From Desulfomonilia bacterium (lineage in GTDB: Bacteria > Desulfobacterota > Desulfomonilia > UBA1062), in contig CAXXDQ010000004.1 of the NCBI GenBank assembly GCA_963664325.2, positions 800,001 through 864,000 on the forward strand: a DNA stretch of 64,000 bases, in the 5' to 3' direction. The notes beneath the pieces were generated by a model. The model was not told the origin of the DNA and searched no databases. It saw only the letters and a list, made by a program, of their open reading frames with translations. Below are positions 1 through 9,500 of this stretch, one piece after another (positions within the stretch are counted from its first letter, which is position 1; each line of letters starts with the position of its first letter). A program made the position numbers and the translations under genes.

Positions 1-736
1 AGTTCATCTTCATCGTGGCGATCACCTGGGGAGCCGTCTTGCTGGGCTTGCCGTCCTGGGCCGTGATATTCCAGCTGTTGTCCATGAGCGCCGTAACAAC
101 CTCTTTGACATCGGCCCGGATTTTTAACTTTACGGCATCGTCGTCAATCAGGTCGTAGGCCAGCGCCATACCGAAAAACCAGCCCGTATACTGGTCGCGG
201 CTTGTGTTGCCTTCCCAGAAATCTCCGGCATAGGTGCCGGTTTCGATGCGGTGGCAGCTGTCGCTGCTGTCGCATGCCGCGTCGCCCCTGTACGCAAGTG
301 AAGCCTGCGGGGCATGGTAGCGGGCGATAAAACCTTCCTTGCCGGTAACATGCAGATAACCGTCAAGCGTATCAACCATACGTATGGCGTTTTCCTTTGC
401 TTCAAGATCGCCGGTAACATAGTAGCGCATGGCCTGGCTGCCAAGGTATGTCCCGGTCCATATGCAGCTGTCACCATAACCGCCGACTCCGCTCATCACA
501 GTCCTTGCATCGTCGGCAAAATAAACTTCCACGGTCCCTCCGTAATAAGGCTGATGCCACTGGAGATGCCAGGCATCAAACTGGACAGCCTTGTCACGCA
601 ACAAACCGCCCGGCACTGACTCGTCATAATCCCGGGTCTCAACTGCACTCTGGGGCCATGGTTTCACAAAGGTGTCATTACACCCCGAGAAAAAGATTAA
701 CAGAACTATTGCCGCCGGCAGAATAACCTTACTCAT
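1..736 (-). CDS. Uncharacterised lipoprotein, probable (alpha/alpha)-barrel glycosidase-like fold; runs off window start (partial)
   Basis: Manual translation (absent from the ORF track): MSKVILPAAIVLLIFFSG-C lipobox, GGAGGTG RBS upstream, open to base 1; motifs GDSCIWTGTYLGSQAMRYYVTG, VTGKEGFIARY, WEGNTSRDQYTG. Confidence 0.8.
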   Translation of the reverse strand, partial: MSKVILPAAIVLLIFFSGCNDTFVKPWPQSAVETRDYDESVPGGLLRDKAVQFDAWHLQWHQPYYGGTVEVYFADDARTVMSGVGGYGDSCIWTGTYLGSQAMRYYVTGDLEAKENAIRMVDTLDGYLHVTGKEGFIARYHAPQASLAYRGDAACDSSDSCHRIETGTYAGDFWEGNTSRDQYTGWFFGMALAYDLIDDDAVKLKIRADVKEVVTALMDNSWNITAQDGKPSKTAPQVIATMKMN

Positions 737-791
737 AAGTGCACCTCCAGACATGATAAATTAAAGATATTATGATCATCTACACATAGGC

Positions 792-824
792 GAATGGCCT
801 GACAATGTTTTTGTCAGGCCATTC
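792..824. other. Perfect 14-bp inverted repeat in the probable 5' leader of the lipoprotein gene
   Basis: GAATGGCCTGACAA-TGTTT-TTGTCAGGCCATTC. Confidence 0.7.
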
Positions 825-878
825 AAACCTTTCCTCATAATGTTGCATCCACCAGATGACTTGTATGGAATATATTAA

Positions 879-894
879 TGCATGCACTGTGCCA
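879..894 (-). promoter_or_regulatory. Putative sigma54 (-24/-12) promoter for the lipoprotein gene
   Basis: Minus strand TGGCACAGTGCATGCA = GG-N10-GC; IHF-like AAACAACAAGTTA just upstream; imperfect GGGA..TTT(T/G)CC palindromes at about 945-1006. Confidence 0.6.
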
Positions 895-1326
895 TAAGAT
901 GGTATCCTTAACTTGTTGTTTATTCGAAGGATTGGTGGATGGTTGAGGGAAAATGTTTTTCCGATGGGAAATTCTTTTCATCCTGATAGGGATATTGTTT
1001 GCCATCCCCGTATGTATTCTTGAATCCGGGAATCATGTGTCATTAACCGGTCTCTGCTGTCAGAGGTCCTGATGACTCAAATTACTTTTTTATTATACAT
1101 TCGCTTTTGTATCCTGACAGACAGGCAGGTTTCCTTTATCGAAAAGACGGCGCTTTTTATGATAGGGTCAAGAGTATCATATACAAGCGATGCAGGGCTT
1201 TCATCTTTAAGTACAATTTTCAATTATTAAAACATCATCGGCAAAAACAATGCCGGCCTTTTGTGTAAGCTCAAGCAGGCCCGTATAGAAAATCTCCTTA
1301 TTATTTTCTTACTGCCCCGGCAAAGT

Positions 1327-2820
1327 TCAATCAGTCCTTGTCATTATAGCGGCAGTGACAGAACAGGGGGGAAAGACAAGGCGTCCGTTCAGTTCGACCT
1401 CTGTCGTTTTCCCGCAGACGGTTTCAGGCTTATTCTCGAAATTCCGGGAAAGATAACCTGGCGCCGCGACAGTATGAACATGAGCTGTTCCTGAAAAGCA
1501 TGCCCCGGAAATTTCGAGTCCGGCTTCATGGCTCTTTTCATGGTCGCGGTTTATTACGAATACGGTTAAACGGCTGCCGTTTATGGAGGCGCTGACATCA
1601 AGAAGAGGAAATGATTTCTGCTCAGGCAGGTTTATAAGCTTCGGAATGTCTATCGTTGGACATATGGTCTCGCTGCGCACGCTGAACTTCCCTGTAAATT
1701 GTCTGTACATCTTGAGAATATGAAAGACGGGCGTGCGGACCATCCGGTCCCTTGTCGTTATTATGGGAGGGCTCGCCGCGTTGAGCATTGCGAACATTGC
1801 GGCTATTTTCACATATTTTGCCTGACGGTGAAACTCGTGAATAATTCCGGCGGCGCCTACGGCCTCCCTCATTGACCGCCAGGGATTGATGAAACTGCGC
1901 AGGGGCCCCAGGATATTCCATTCGTCAAAAGAAACGGGGATTGTTTTGCCGGTTAGCTTATCGGCAAGCTCTTCTATTCTGAGTATCTGTTCCTGAATGG
2001 CAAGCCCTGATGCGGCTACGGCATAGTAATGTCCGGCGGAGTCGTTGATGCGAGATACAAAAGGTATCCCGGCGGGCGTATACAGATGCATGGAAATATA
2101 ATCCATGTTTTCGCCTATTCCGCCCACGATTTCCCTGTTCCAGCCCGGGAAGATAAGAACGTCGCCCCCGCAGGCGATAAGCTTTATATCAGGATCGGCC
2201 TTTCTCATTTTATCAGCGAACCTGTGAAATCGCTCGACGTATTTTTTGGGCCTGAATGCGCAGCCCCCCGGCTCAACCGGATTCCACTGCTCGTTTCCCA
2301 CGCTCCACGCCGGGACCGATCCGGCCCCGTATTTGTCTTTTATGTAGCCTATCCATGCCGCCGCCTCGCCGGGATCGTCCCGTCCCAGGCTTGCTGTTAT
2401 GCTCGGTTCCGCTCCTGTTTCACGGCAGAGATTCATGAATTCATCGGTTCCCAGGCGGTTGTCTTCAACAGGGCCAACTGGAAAAGGGGGATTGCCGAAG
2501 AAATACTGGGCCGGGAGTCTTCCCCACATGCGGTTTTTTACAACAGGGCGGTTTTCGCCTATGCCGTCTCTCCAGCGATATGAATCCGCGAAGCATCCGC
2601 CGGGCCATCGTAGAAGGGATGGGTTAAGGTCTTTTGCCGATTCCAGCGCATCGAGGCGAAACCCTTTCGAATCAACAGGGGCACCTGATCCGGTTTCGGC
2701 GAGAATGCCCCCCAGCACCTGCCTGCCCATGTGTTCTATATTCTGGCCGTAAATACGCGGATCGATCTCATCAAGAATTTCATTTGCATTCACTCTGATC
2801 AAAGATCTGGTTTCAGCCAT
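1327..2820 (-). CDS. GH51 alpha-L-arabinofuranosidase family, cytoplasmic
   Basis: IYGQNIEH, LRWPGGCFAD, acid/base motif VGNE, nucleophile motif FDEWN, C-terminal beta-sandwich; no signal peptide. Confidence 0.9.
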   Translation of the reverse strand: MAETRSLIRVNANEILDEIDPRIYGQNIEHMGRQVLGGILAETGSGAPVDSKGFRLDALESAKDLNPSLLRWPGGCFADSYRWRDGIGENRPVVKNRMWGRLPAQYFFGNPPFPVGPVEDNRLGTDEFMNLCRETGAEPSITASLGRDDPGEAAAWIGYIKDKYGAGSVPAWSVGNEQWNPVEPGGCAFRPKKYVERFHRFADKMRKADPDIKLIACGGDVLIFPGWNREIVGGIGENMDYISMHLYTPAGIPFVSRINDSAGHYYAVAASGLAIQEQILRIEELADKLTGKTIPVSFDEWNILGPLRSFINPWRSMREAVGAAGIIHEFHRQAKYVKIAAMFAMLNAASPPIITTRDRMVRTPVFHILKMYRQFTGKFSVRSETICPTIDIPKLINLPEQKSFPLLDVSASINGSRLTVFVINRDHEKSHEAGLEISGACFSGTAHVHTVAAPGYLSRNFENKPETVCGKTTEVELNGRLVFPPCSVTAAIMTRTD

Positions 2821-3171
2821 ACAAGCTCCTCGTCATGAAATAACCATGGATGCGAATTCAAGAAAGATTGCCGTATTATAATCACTTGAATTGGGCATTG
2901 CCAATGGGAATTGGAATTGCGGAAGCGCATTGTTTGCAAGTCTCGCATTGATGCATTAAAAAGATGATGCCATTTATGCATAGAGGTTACTCTGAAAAAA
3001 ATATTTCGGTGCAGCATGCTATCATACTATAAATGTTCAAGTCGGGTTGATGAACTGCCAAGCTCGTAAAAAAGCTATTTTGAACTCTTTCAGCTTATCA
3101 GCTAAAAGTTCATCGGCCAGAATATCTTTGATAAAAAAAGTTGTCCTGATTAAACACAAAGAACCGTAAAC

Positions 3172-3246
3172 GGGTCGTTAGCTCAGCAGGAGAGCCCCAC
3201 CTTCACACGGTAGAAGTCACTGGTTCAATCCCGGTACGACCCACCA
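3172..3246 (+). tRNA. tRNA-Val (CAC)
   Basis: Cloverleaf with acceptor GGGTCGT/ACGACCC, loop TTCACAC, T-loop TTCAATC, encoded CCA; one C-A mismatch in the anticodon stem. Confidence 0.9.
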
Positions 3247-3289
3247 GACTTTTAAATGAGCGGCAAAATAGAGGTAATATTCATTTTTA

Positions 3290-6200
3290 TCATTTTACCG
3301 CATTAATCTCAGCATCCTTCATGATCCCGTAATTCACCCCGTAACATATGGCGAAGGTAACTATGTTGTTTTCCTTCATGAAGTCCGAACTCCAGGGCAA
3401 GTCGGCTGCCGTAGCGCCCTCCTTCGGCAGGAAGAGGTAAATCGTGTCCGTTATCTGCTTAGGATAGTCTATGTCCTTGTATCTAATCATCTGATAATCC
3501 CATATCCATTCGTTCTTTTCCGACAGAGTCGCGTTTGTCGAGTTCGTGACATTAACAAAGCGCTCTTTGACGAACGGGAGCTTCAGCCTTACCTTTTTGC
3601 TTCTGCTCTCAATCGTTCTCCTGGCATCCGTTATAGCGAATCTGTCGGTGTCGCTTGTGGAAGTGTTGATCTTTATCACTTTGACATCATATTTATTGCC
3701 GGACAGCGCGTTCTGTCGCCAGAGTTCGCCCCTGTCATCCTTTACCCATTTTCCGATATCGTCGTTCGCGAAAAATGTAGGCAGGCCTTTTACGACCTCA
3801 TTCCAGCCCGGGTCAAGACCGCCGAAAACCGCATCAGGACTGTCCGGTTTGCTGATATCGTAGCACATATAGGAATATTTGTTCGTGTCCGCCTGAAGCA
3901 CGACAGGGAGCGCCGAATAGCTTAAGAAATCCAGCGGCCCCTTCTGCGACATCACCTTGAGCGGTTCTCCGGAAACATGATTCCTTGTTTCGTAAAGATA
4001 ATAGTTGATATAAGTAGGCGCGCCGATGACCCATGCGCTCATTTTGCCGTAAGACTCTATGGAAACCGTCTGCGAGGCGTACAGGTCTATCTGTTTTGTC
4101 TGGCTCTTGATCACACTGTTTGAGAACTCGTTCGATTTTGTAAAGCTCTTGTTTATGGTTTTCCATTCCTTGTTCGTGGTTGACGCCGTACCGAACGTTG
4201 TCGCGTAAATCATGCTGCTTGCATCGCTCGATGCAGTGGCTAGGGTGAACCTGCTCGCGCCCGTCGTTTTGTCGTCATACCTCGGCGGAACCCCGAAGAC
4301 GACTCCTACAGGCCTGAATCTGCCCAGGCTGAATGTCTTGTAATTTTTGTCCTCTTCCATCGATGAAATGAATTTCAGCCCCGAATCGGTCATCATTTTC
4401 CAGTCCGGACCGTGACCGTACCAGTATCTGTCCAGATAACGCAGCTCATCCACAAATCCCGCGTCGAATTTTTTGGCGGGCGTGAACCCGATGTTGTGGT
4501 ACATGAGCGAAGGCAGACGGGATATGTCGAATTTTTTCTTTACGCTTTCAATCGAGCCGCTGGTGAAATAAAAATTTTCCAGATTTTCGTCTTCGGCATA
4601 TAGAGGTATGAAAAAAATATCATGAGCAGGGGACATTTTATATTCATTGGAGGCGAAACCGGCAATAAAACCCAGCTTGCCGTCTATCGCCGCATGGCAG
4701 ACATCGCTCATCCATTTGTCATCGAAGTATCCTTTGGATGATATCCTGTCAGCCTGAACTTTATCCCTGCGTGCAAGCGCGCTGTTTTTCATCGTGTCAA
4801 GATTGATTACATAACAGTTCAGCGCCGCATACTCGTAGTCATATTTTTTCCGTCCCTCCTTTGTTTTCCTGTCAACAGGGTCTATATTCGAGCTCCTTAT
4901 GAATACAGCCGCACTGTTGGTATCCGGTATCCTTCTGACCCTGACATCATATATATGTCCGTTTACCGATATTTCACCGCCGGGGACGGCTGATGCTCCG
5001 CCGCCTGTTCGTGAATATTTCCAGAACCTGACCGACTTCCTGTCCTTTACCGACAGAACGTAAATGAAGTTTTCATCTACTACAGGACATATTTTAAGAT
5101 TTTCAGCCGGATCGCTGTCCAGAAAAGAAATACTTTTGAAACTCTTGAAATCATCGGTGCTGGAGTATTCCTTTAAAACGCATTTTCCGTTTCCGGTATT
5201 GTCCAGCACGAACATGGAATCATCATACTGGCATGTCATTTCCCCGAAGGGACGCTCGCTCAGCATTGTGAGTGTCTTGCATGCAGTTGGCCACCCGTTG
5301 TCGTCAAGACTGCACATATAAAGATACCTTCCTTCGCACTCATAGAAAAGGTACTGGCCGATTCTGCTTGCATTGTCCCCGCTGCCGATATCGATGGCAT
5401 CAGATCGGGCCTTTGCCGAACGAAGCGCTTCAGTCTCGGCCGCAGCCGCCCCGGCGGATTTCACGCTTACTTCAAGGGCTTTTTTGCCTTCCGTGTTGAT
5501 ATAAAACACCAGGTCATCTTTCTTTACCAGCGCATAGCCGTCTGAGAAGTCAGCCGCCTCATCGAACTGATGGGCGATCACATCGCCCCCTTTCGGGTCG
5601 ATATATCCCCATTTGCCGTTTTCTTTCACGGCAGCGAGCTTTTCACTGAACTGTTTTGCATCCTCATACTGGGGGTTGATCCTGTATCTGCCATTGTAAT
5701 CCACGAAGCCCCACTTGCTCTCAACCCTCACCGGGGCGAGGCCTTCGCTGAATTCACCGGCCTCGTCGAACTGTGTTTCAATGTATATCTCGCCTCTGGT
5801 ATCTATGAAGCCCCACTGGTTTTCAAGGTCTTTTACAGGCGCCAGACCCTCCTGGAATGACCCTGCGTCAAGCCATACCCTGTCCAGAACATACTTGTTC
5901 TTTCTGTTAATGAACCCCCATTTACCGACCCTTTTGGCAGGCGCAAGGCCCGAGTTGAATCCCTTGAGGTCTTCGTATGAATAGTCGATTATCAGCCTGC
6001 CTTTCTTGTCTATCATCCCCCACAGGTCACCCTTTCTCACTGGAGCCATCCCGCTGCTGAACGGCCTTGCCCCGTCGTACCTGGGATTTATGACATATAG
6101 TCCCTTTTTGTTGATGTAACCCCATTTCTTCTTGTCGACCCTTGCAGGTGCAAGGTCTACATCGAAGGAGCCTATTTCCTTGAATATGAACTTGATCACG

Positions 6201-6409
6201 ACCTGGCCAGCCGTGTTTATGAATCCCCACTGGCCGCCTGAGCATACACCCGCAAGCCCGCCGGCGAAGCTAAGCAGCTTTTCGGCCGTGCCCGCTGTTT
6301 CAGGCTGCACTACCGGTTCCGCCTTAGTCGGGGGACAGACAAATGCGATGAAAAGAATCAGACAGGCCAGAACTTTTATAAACGGCATTGAAGATGTGTT
6401 GTTTTTCAT
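3290..6409 (-). CDS. Secreted WG-repeat (KWG) protein with an unknown C-terminal region of about 700 aa
   Basis: Signal peptide; 7 WG[FYM][IV][DN] repeats of about 35 aa plus 1 degenerate; Ala-rich linker; AGGAGG RBS. Confidence 0.85.
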   Translation of the reverse strand: MKNNTSSMPFIKVLACLILFIAFVCPPTKAEPVVQPETAGTAEKLLSFAGGLAGVCSGGQWGFINTAGQVVIKFIFKEIGSFDVDLAPARVDKKKWGYINKKGLYVINPRYDGARPFSSGMAPVRKGDLWGMIDKKGRLIIDYSYEDLKGFNSGLAPAKRVGKWGFINRKNKYVLDRVWLDAGSFQEGLAPVKDLENQWGFIDTRGEIYIETQFDEAGEFSEGLAPVRVESKWGFVDYNGRYRINPQYEDAKQFSEKLAAVKENGKWGYIDPKGGDVIAHQFDEAADFSDGYALVKKDDLVFYINTEGKKALEVSVKSAGAAAAETEALRSAKARSDAIDIGSGDNASRIGQYLFYECEGRYLYMCSLDDNGWPTACKTLTMLSERPFGEMTCQYDDSMFVLDNTGNGKCVLKEYSSTDDFKSFKSISFLDSDPAENLKICPVVDENFIYVLSVKDRKSVRFWKYSRTGGGASAVPGGEISVNGHIYDVRVRRIPDTNSAAVFIRSSNIDPVDRKTKEGRKKYDYEYAALNCYVINLDTMKNSALARRDKVQADRISSKGYFDDKWMSDVCHAAIDGKLGFIAGFASNEYKMSPAHDIFFIPLYAEDENLENFYFTSGSIESVKKKFDISRLPSLMYHNIGFTPAKKFDAGFVDELRYLDRYWYGHGPDWKMMTDSGLKFISSMEEDKNYKTFSLGRFRPVGVVFGVPPRYDDKTTGASRFTLATASSDASSMIYATTFGTASTTNKEWKTINKSFTKSNEFSNSVIKSQTKQIDLYASQTVSIESYGKMSAWVIGAPTYINYYLYETRNHVSGEPLKVMSQKGPLDFLSYSALPVVLQADTNKYSYMCYDISKPDSPDAVFGGLDPGWNEVVKGLPTFFANDDIGKWVKDDRGELWRQNALSGNKYDVKVIKINTSTSDTDRFAITDARRTIESRSKKVRLKLPFVKERFVNVTNSTNATLSEKNEWIWDYQMIRYKDIDYPKQITDTIYLFLPKEGATAADLPWSSDFMKENNIVTFAICYGVNYGIMKDAEINAVK
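5460..6280 (-). repeat. WG-repeat module, copy 1 (paralogous to 13585-14406)
   Basis: Colinear near-identical peptides, e.g. GGLAGVCSGGQWGFINTAG and GLAPVKDLENQWG, in both genes; approximate bounds. Confidence 0.85.
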
Positions 6410-6447
6410 CTTATCCTCCTGAAATCAGAACATGCAGCTGTTACATC

Positions 6448-6474
6448 ATATCGGCTGCAGGGCAGGGCAACTGA
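6448..6474 (-). promoter_or_regulatory. Putative sigma28 (FliA) promoter for the WG protein gene starting at 6409
   Basis: Minus strand TCAG-N15-GCCGATAT, about 40 bp upstream of the ATG. Confidence 0.5.
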
Positions 6475-6507
6475 AGAAATCCTGTGGTTTGCTTTTAAAA
6501 GAGGAAG

Positions 6508-6547
6508 GGTCTCAACATTTGAGCATATCCTGCCGGATGTTGAGACC
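6508..6547 (-). terminator. Stem-loop after the RHS gene, possible terminator
   Basis: GGTCTCAACAT...ATGTTGAGACC 11-bp inverted repeat, followed on the minus strand by CTTCCTCTTTT. Confidence 0.5.
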
Positions 6548-6568
6548 TGATCCCTGATGTGTATGGTT

Positions 6569-9500
6569 TCAATCGTTTTCGTATCTTATTTTTTGTCTCG
6601 GGTTGCTTGCTTTGTATTCTCTGTCCAGTTGATCAAGGTAGTCACTCTGTTCCTGCGCATTCATTTCATTGTAAGGCTTATGGTTAATGACCTGCTGTTT
6701 GTTAAGGTTCTGATTTCGAAATACCGGCTGCTCTTGAGGAACTTTCTGTTTTTTATTAAACTTAAAGTAAGTCTCTTTTTTTGACTTATTCTGTAAGGAG
6801 GGTTGCTGATATTTTGTTCTGAGATTTCTCTGTATATTGCTTTCTCTGGGTATTGTTCTTTCTTCCGGTATTATATTTAATGGCTGGTTCTGCTGATATT
6901 TAATCCGTATTTTTCTCTGTATTCCGCTTTCGATGGGCCTTTCTTCCGGTATTATCCTTAATGACTGGTTTCTGAACTCAAGACGTCTTGCGTCTCTTTG
7001 CGCATTGAGCCTGGTGATGGCCGCCTCTTGACGTAACGCCGCCTGACGAAGTTTATAGGCTTTATATGCTTTGTAACCGGATCCTGCCGCGGCGCCCAAT
7101 CCTGTCGCAAGAGATACTCCACCGAATACACGAGACGATGTCCTGAGGTTTTTTACGGTTTGATATCCTGAATCGGGATTCTTTTCTTCTATCTTGTTCG
7201 CCGCTATGCTGAGGCCGCCCCCGATGGCCCCGGATGCAAGTGTTACTATCGCCAGCACCGCAACCACTCCTATCTGGCCGTCGGGATCGACTATCTCTAC
7301 AGGGTTGCCGTCGGCATATGCGTATCTGTTCGTCAGGTCATAGGAGTCCCTGGAGGTGAACCTCATAAGCTCCGGCGAGTAGGACCTTGCCTTGAGATAA
7401 TACATGCCAGATTCCTCATCCTCATAATAGCCGGAGAACCTGTAGGGATTGCCGGATATGGAGAAGGATCCTCCCTCATTCGCCTTTCGCTGTGATTGAG
7501 GGGCTCTCCCCTGTTCTTTTCCGTATGCCGTGTAACTGTATTCCTCAACCGGCGCTCTCGCCTTTTCATCCGTGAAGCCTATGACGTCCTTCCTGTCGGT
7601 TATCAGCCATTGATGTTTCCCGTCAACAACCCTTAGAAGGCTGGCGAGCGTCGAAACCCTGCTGCCATTCGAATCCTCTTCGTTCATTATACGTTTGTCG
7701 AAGTCATAATAGTACCTGATCGAATATTTGGTATTGTTGTCCTTCTTGATGCTCCTCAGGCCTTCGGCGTCATACGAATAGCTTACGTCGGAGCCGGATG
7801 GACCTGAATACCTGACAAGCTGGCCGAATGAGTTGTATTCGAATTTTTTCACCTCTTTGCCGTTGATAAGGATTTTTTTTAGGGCGCCGTTTTCGTCATA
7901 GGCATAGGATGTGATCGATCCGTTGGGGCCATTCGAGCTTTTGAGCCTGTTGTCGGCGTCATATTCAAAAGAAGTCTTTCCGTGAGCGGAAGAACCGCTC
8001 ACCGTCCTTGATATGATGTTACCCCTGATGTCGTAGACGTATGAGGTCTTTTCAAGGGGCGAACCCGCGAGGCTTGATGTCTCATCGGAAATGAGCTGAT
8101 TGTTGTCGTTGTAGATGAACGTCCTTGTGCTGTCCTCATCCTTTTCGGATGATTTCCTTGTGAGCTTCGCGGTGCGTCCCATTTCGTCGTACTCGTAGGA
8201 AAGCGAGCCGAGCAGGACGCCGCCGGAACCGGTTGCCGTTATGCCCTTGAGCATCAGCGGAGACGGCGCAGACGAATTTGCGATCTGATTATAATAGTCA
8301 TAGGTTATTTCAACGCTTATGGCGAATGCCCCGTCTGTGCCGCTGCTGAAGGACGCCTGCCTGAGCGTCGTGCCCGGGCCGAGAAGACCTCCCGCTTCAG
8401 GCGGAAAATAGCTGTAGTCTACTCTTCCGTATCTGTTTTCAATTCTCACGATGTTTTCAGGGATAAGATTGTCGTATGTAACCAGCGTTTTTGTCCCATT
8501 GATGTCTGTAATGCTTTTAAGCCTGTCGAAATCGTCGTATTCTGCAAGCCTTGTCTTGCCGTTCATATATGTCACCTTTTCAAGCAGGCCTCGGCTGTTA
8601 TAGCCGTATTCGATCTTGTCTGTCAGCTTCCTGCCGATATGAAGTTCCCTTGACCGGATCAGGCCTTCTGCAGGCGACCCGGCAGGGTAATATGTGAAGG
8701 TGGCGGCCATATCCCCTGATTCTACCGAAAGAAGCCTGTCCATGACGTCGTATTTATATTCGGTCTTCTTTCTGGTGAAGTCCGTCATTAAGGTCATGTT
8801 TGAGCTTTTGTCATAAGTGAAATGCATGGACTGCAAGAGGCCGTTGGTCACCTTGACGATATTTCCTGCGTTGTCGTATTCCTTCACCTCGCTGCCGAAG
8901 CCCATCATCGGGCCGCCCACTCCGGGTGAAAGTTTTTTATATGCTATATCCGAGCTGTTCACATATCCGAATGCGTTGAACTCCGCTTTAACTGCGTTCA
9001 TGCCGCCGTCGGAGGTCTTTACATTGGATGATATCTCGTTTTCATCAAGGTCATATTCTGATGTTTTCGATATAACCTCTCTGCCGGGGGCGTTTATGTC
9101 AGGCGCCATGAGAAGTTTAGATGAAATCTCCTGCCCCTTGCCGTTATAGAAGAATTCCCTTACTGGGTGGAGCGCCCCGCCCGGCCTCCCGCCAAGGCAG
9201 TCGGCTGTCTTAAGCACATTACCTCTGTCGTCGTACTGTGTCCTGGAGACTTTGACGCCTTTAAATGAAACCGTCTCGGTCAGGTTCTCATCATCATACT
9301 CGTAGATTGTCTCATTTACGTAAGAGCTTCCGACATCCGGAACATATGGGGTTTCGACAGTCCTTGTCTCTCTTCCCTGCCAGTCGCTGTAAAAATGCTC
9401 TGTCTTCCTTGAAAACCTGTCAGTTTCCGTGGCTATCTCGCCGAGCTCGTTGTAGGTACATTCGTAAAGCGTTCTTTCCGACCCGCCATGTCCGTTGTTG

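Noticed and set aside
148-726. Three short ORFs in the supplied track
   Set aside because: All overlap the better-supported lipoprotein frame (736 to <1, minus strand)
1235-1262. Sigma28-like AAAG-N15-GCCGATGA on the minus strand
   Set aside because: About 500 bp from the nearest gene, which already has a sigma54 candidate; may be chance
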